Assembly (NCBI RefSeq): GCF_000143415.4
Contig: NW_003314398.1
Coordinates: 1-64,000 of the forward strand
DNA: 64,000 nt
Direction: 5' to 3'
DNA from: Selaginella moellendorffii
Taxonomy: Eukaryota; Plantae; Lycopodiophyta
Under the pieces are notes generated by a model. That model made no database searches. It was not told where the DNA came from and was given only the letters and a program-made list of their open reading frames with translations. Position 1 is the stretch's first letter. Every line of letters starts with the position of its first letter. A program made the position numbers and the translations under genes. Of the stretch, positions 59,685-64,000 are shown one piece after another.

Positions 59685-61601
59685 ATGTATTGCTTGCAGA
59701 GTAAAAATGCCTGGAATTTTTTGCAACAACACATGACCTTCTTTCGAGTCCACTTTGCTTGCTTTGTTATTGCAGCATTCATCGGGAGCTTGATCCTATG
59801 GGGTATCGGCAACGAGAGAGGTGGGCATTTTCCTTTTGTCGACTGCTTCTACGGCATCACGTCGGCACTATGCCTCTCGGGACTTACCACTGTTCCTGTA
59901 GAAGACATTCCACCCGGAGGACAAGTAGTCCTCATGATCATGATGTTGCTGGGCAGCCAAGTTGTGACTTCCAGTGTGCCATTGCTCGTCAAGAAACACC
60001 GCTACTGTCGAGTTGCCAGAATAGCCATCGATCCCAGTGACCATGAACTGGTCGGACCACCAACACCACCGGTCGTAGAGGTTTTGGTTCCAGAAACTTT
60101 CTCTCGCTCCGAGCCTCGGGTGGAGGAGCTGCAGCACACTTCGTCAAAGTGGACCATGGTAGCAAAGCGAGGCTCACAGGTGCTCGAGAAACTCGGCAGC
60201 AAGATCAAGCGCAGAGCCGAGGACGAGGCCTGGATGGCCGAGATGGCTACCAAGCAGCAGGCCGAGCACTTGACAGAAGTTTTCCAGGAGCACCAGGCCA
60301 CCATCGTGCTGATCCGGATCATCGTCATCTATGGAGTTGTGGTTCATCTCATGGGGTTCTTCATCGCCTGGCTGAGCATTCTCTGCGGACGGCCATACCC
60401 CAGGAACTTGATCCGGCACAACAAGAAGACCAACCTCGGATTCTTCTCGCTCTTTGCAGTGGTCTCGGCATTTTGCAACGTAGGATACATCGCTTCCAAC
60501 GAGAACTTGATGCCTTTCAACTCGTCGCTGGTCCTGCTGCTCGACATGATCCTGCTGATCATGCTCGGCAACGGAATTTACCCACCGTGTCTACGAGGAA
60601 TCATCCGACTGCTCCATCACTTCTCCAAAGGCAATACAAAGCAAGCGTGTGAGTTCCTGCTCGACCATCCCCGCAAGTGCTACACGCATCTCTTTCCTCC
60701 CAACACGACGAGGTGGCTGCTCATCTCCTTTTTCGGATTGAACGGGTTTGAGATTTGCGTCATCTACATCCTCGACTGGAACTCCACAGCCTTCGACGGC
60801 CTTGATACTGGTGAGAAGATCGTTAACGGCATCTTTCAGTGTGTCAACACTCGTAGCGGCGGCATGAACTCCGTCGCCATCACAGGTCTTTCGCCCACAA
60901 CGCTCTTCATCTTTGCTGTCATGATGTAAGTTGGAAAACTCTTTCCCCTTGCTTCTATCTTGCTCGCTCTCTCCTTCCATCTGTAGGTACATTTCGGCTT
61001 ACCCCGTCTTCTTATCCCGGCAAGCCACAAGACAAAAGTCCGTCGACGACGAGGGCGCCATCTCTCACCTCTCAGCCCGCAAGCAGCGTGACATCCTCGA
61101 CACCACCCTCGCGACACAATTCCGGAGGCTCCTCGCGCAGGACACGGCGTATCTCTTCCTCGCAACGTTCTTCATTTGCGTCTCGGTGAACCACGGCCTC
61201 AAACACGATCCACTCAACTACAACATCTTCAGTGTCATCTTCGAGATCATCAGGTTCGTTGCTCAAACACCTTTCTGCGAGGCTTGCTCTTTTTTCCTTC
61301 TCCTTGATGATTTGTAGATTGATCACTCCAAGAGCTTGACGTAGTTTCGTGGTTTTGCTGCAGTGCCTACGGTGGTGTGGGACTGTCGTATGGATATAGC
61401 TGCAGCTTGAGGATGGAGCCCGGCTACTGCGTGGACGAGCCCGTGAGCTTCTCAGGCAAGTGGGGGTTTACTCCCAAAATCATCATGATCGTAGTCATGC
61501 TCCTCGGCAGGCACCGAGGCCTCCCTGATAACATTGATTCCGCAATTTTACTCCCCGAGCAGAAATTCAGCAACATAATGAGAAGGCAGACCAGTGAATG
61601 A
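59685..61601 (+). CDS. HKT: HKT/Trk-family Na+/K+ transporter (multi-exon; 5' exons probably at 59487-59620; 3' end uncertain)
   Basis: Four pore-loop segments LSGLTTV, AFCNVGY, NTRSGGM and AYGGVGLSYGY; LLDHPRKCYTHLFP; VMLLGRHRGLP. Confidence 0.9.
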
Positions 61602-62975
61602 GATGGAAAAATCTATCTCTCCAAAGCTCTTCCACGTACAATCCTACCTTTGATGGCCTGTATAATCAAGCATACGTGTTCCGCGACGAGAGCCACTCCA
61701 CTGAGATTGGCATGGCCTGGAGGAGCTCTTGGTTCATGCGGCCAAGTGGTAGCATTGATCCCATAGTCAGTGATGGAGGATGTGAAGCACTGCATGGCTG
61801 ATTGGATCTCTCCCCTGGCTACACTCAATGAGTGCAAGCACAAGCTTGGGCTCATTAACAGAAATTCAGCAGAAAATAAGGATTAGGTTAAAAGATACAA
61901 TATTTTATATAAATTTTTATTCAATTGAACAGTTTTAAATCATTTCAGTATAGATTTTTTATATAATTATCAATATAAATATTTTATTGAATTTTCACTG
62001 GCTAATTGTAAAGGACTATGCTAGAAAGTTTTTAGAAAAGTTTAAGTATGTTTATAATTTTTTAGCCTAAATATAAAATTTTGTTGAAAAATATATTTAT
62101 AATTATTAAATATTTATTTCCAGGTTTTATAATTTTGAATTTTTTAAAATTTTCTCTAATTCTAATTTTAGGTTTTAGATTAGGAATGAAATAAACTAAA
62201 TAAAGTTAATTACGTTTATGCACTTTAAACACTAAATAATTAAAATAAACAAAGTTATTATCATCTATAAAGATGTTATGTTATACCTAATCAAGAACAT
62301 TCTATATTTATATATTCTTTTGTTAAACTTAACGTATTCACTTAAAAACTGTTGAAGTTTATTTTTTTCAAAAAGATTTTAATTTATTTTAAACTTACTA
62401 TTTTAAAATAAAAATAACTTATTTATTTTATAATTAATTAATTTTTCTAAAAATTTAAATGCCAAAGTAAAATAAAATATATAAATATTTTTAAACTTAT
62501 ATAAAGTATTTTGTTATTATATAATAATTTAAAATAGAATGAAAAAAGAAAGCATTGTGACACATGTTATATACATTGTATTGACCGTGACTGCACTTGT
62601 ATTATATAGGATAAATTACATTTAGACTGAGGTATATTGTACCCAATCAAAAACTAAAAATACTATCAATAAAGGTCTTAAATTACACAATTGATTAGAT
62701 TAAATTTAATTAATAACAAATTGGGTAGAATACAAAACTAAAAATTTAAAATTAATTTATATTTATATTGTAAATATCTGGTATTACTATATTACATATA
62801 TAAAATAAAAATATTAAATTATTCCTTACAATAAAACCTCATCTTTAAATTAAAAACATTATTTACCTTAGGTCAACAATTTTTTTAATAATCATTTGCC
62901 CACACAAAATAAATGTTGAAATTTAATTTAATTTAACCTGGAATTAAATTAAAAATTTATATTTTAATTTTATTT

Positions 62976-64000
62976 TGTAAGGGCCAAGTGTACGCTACGA
63001 TGCCATATACTAATATTAGCGTAGTGAGATTTTGGTAACCATCAGATTGGTTTCAATATGAACCACTTGCTCATGTATATAAGCTAAGGTTTTTAGGCTA
63101 ATTGATATGCACTTTTTTTGTATTCCCTTTTCATATTCCAAGCATTCACATTGGTGGAGGTGAGGGGTACCTTTGATTGTCCCTAAAAAGTGCTTGAATT
63201 TGGGATTTTGGTTTAGATGTAACTTTTGCATCATCTAGATCTAGCTTTTTCCATTTCCTTTTTTTTATTCTTCTTTTTTAGGATTTTAGTTTATATCTAG
63301 CTTTTTGCATTGTTTAGATCTCCCATTTCCTTTTTGCTTTTTGTCGTTTCTCTTCTTTTGCTCTTTCTTCGTCCATCTTCATGGCAGATCAGCAATCTCC
63401 TCCTTTGACTTTGGAGCAACAGTTGGTACAATTACTTAATGCTATATGCTTGCAATTGAACAACCAAACTCAGTTCATGGCAGCATTCACGGCACGTGGT
63501 ACAACTCCTCCTGCTTTTGGTGATAATCCTCACATTCAGCCAGAGTTCTTTCGCAGGAATCTTAGGGATGATGTATACCATTGGTTCGATCACTTCAAGG
63601 TGATTGCCACATATCATTCTTGGGATGATGCTCGACGTTTATGTGAGTTTCCCATGTGTTTCCAAGGGACTGTGTTACAATGGTACAATGGTCTAAGCAT
63701 AGCCACTCATGGGGATTAGAGTGTTCTCCCGGACATCTTCAAATGCGCCTTCAAACATGCCGATGACTGTGATAATGCCTTCTAACAACTGCATCGTCTT
63801 TGTCAAGGGCCATCTGAGTCAGTGATGCAATTTAGCGTTTGTTTCCGAAGTCTTTTGCTTCGTGCGGAGCTAAATATCTCGGAACGGATCAAGCTAGGAA
63901 TGTTGTGGCCAACACTTCGTCAAAATCTTGTTGGACTTGTGCATGCACTTGCTCCCACCACCCTTGACGATGTTCTTTGCTTGGCACAACATTATGAGAT
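62976..64000 (+). mobile_element. 5' end of a Ty3/gypsy element: ~175-bp LTR 62976-63150, tRNA-Ala PBS 63152-63169, gag
   Basis: TGTAA...TCACA-T-TGGTGGAGGTGAGGGGTA; TATATAA in the LTR; gag downstream. Confidence 0.75.
63381..64000 (+). pseudogene. gag: Retrotransposon gag with premature stops; runs off the window
   Basis: DDVYHWFDHF..IA....W......G..LQWYNGL and MHR-like CQGPSESVMQFSVCF; TAG at 63717 and TAA near 63784. Confidence 0.82.

Noticed and set aside
61880-62975. Very AT-rich tract as a distinct element
   Set aside because: No termini or repeat structure that I could support

Overview
Eukaryotic nuclear DNA from a gene-dense, seed-free land plant. Introns of about 50-60 nt, a distinctive PLS-PPR subfamily, a DYW:WW-type editing factor and a flagellar STPG-repeat gene point to a Selaginella-like lycophyte (inference). 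Bases 1-21.7 kb are a nested stack of at least six copies or fragments of one LTR-retroelement family. Its LTRs are about 1.15 kb (TG...CA), with a tRNA-iMet PBS and a G-rich PPT. I could not recognise gag-pol in it. The internal region instead appears to carry a long decayed ORF on the antisense strand, and the LTRs carry tandem ABRE/G-box arrays and a conserved hairpin. 22-30.3 kb holds duplicated PPR pseudogenes and an unexplained repeat-built minus-strand unit, followed by an AT-rich fold-back element. 31-62 kb is a compact gene block: oligopeptidase A with a premature stop, a small secreted peptide, a GASA pseudogene, a frameshifted PPR-E gene, tandem CENP-V/GFA genes, SR45a, a beta-helix/GDPH secreted protein, an STPG/ODF3-like gene, GPAA1 head-to-head with an intact PLS-DYW PPR, an intronless MAGL/CSE-like lipase behind a dense W-box cluster, COG7, an AG-peptide and an HKT transporter. 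The window ends in a tRNA-Ala-primed Ty3/gypsy element with a disrupted gag. All family assignments come from motif recognition by eye; no searches were run.
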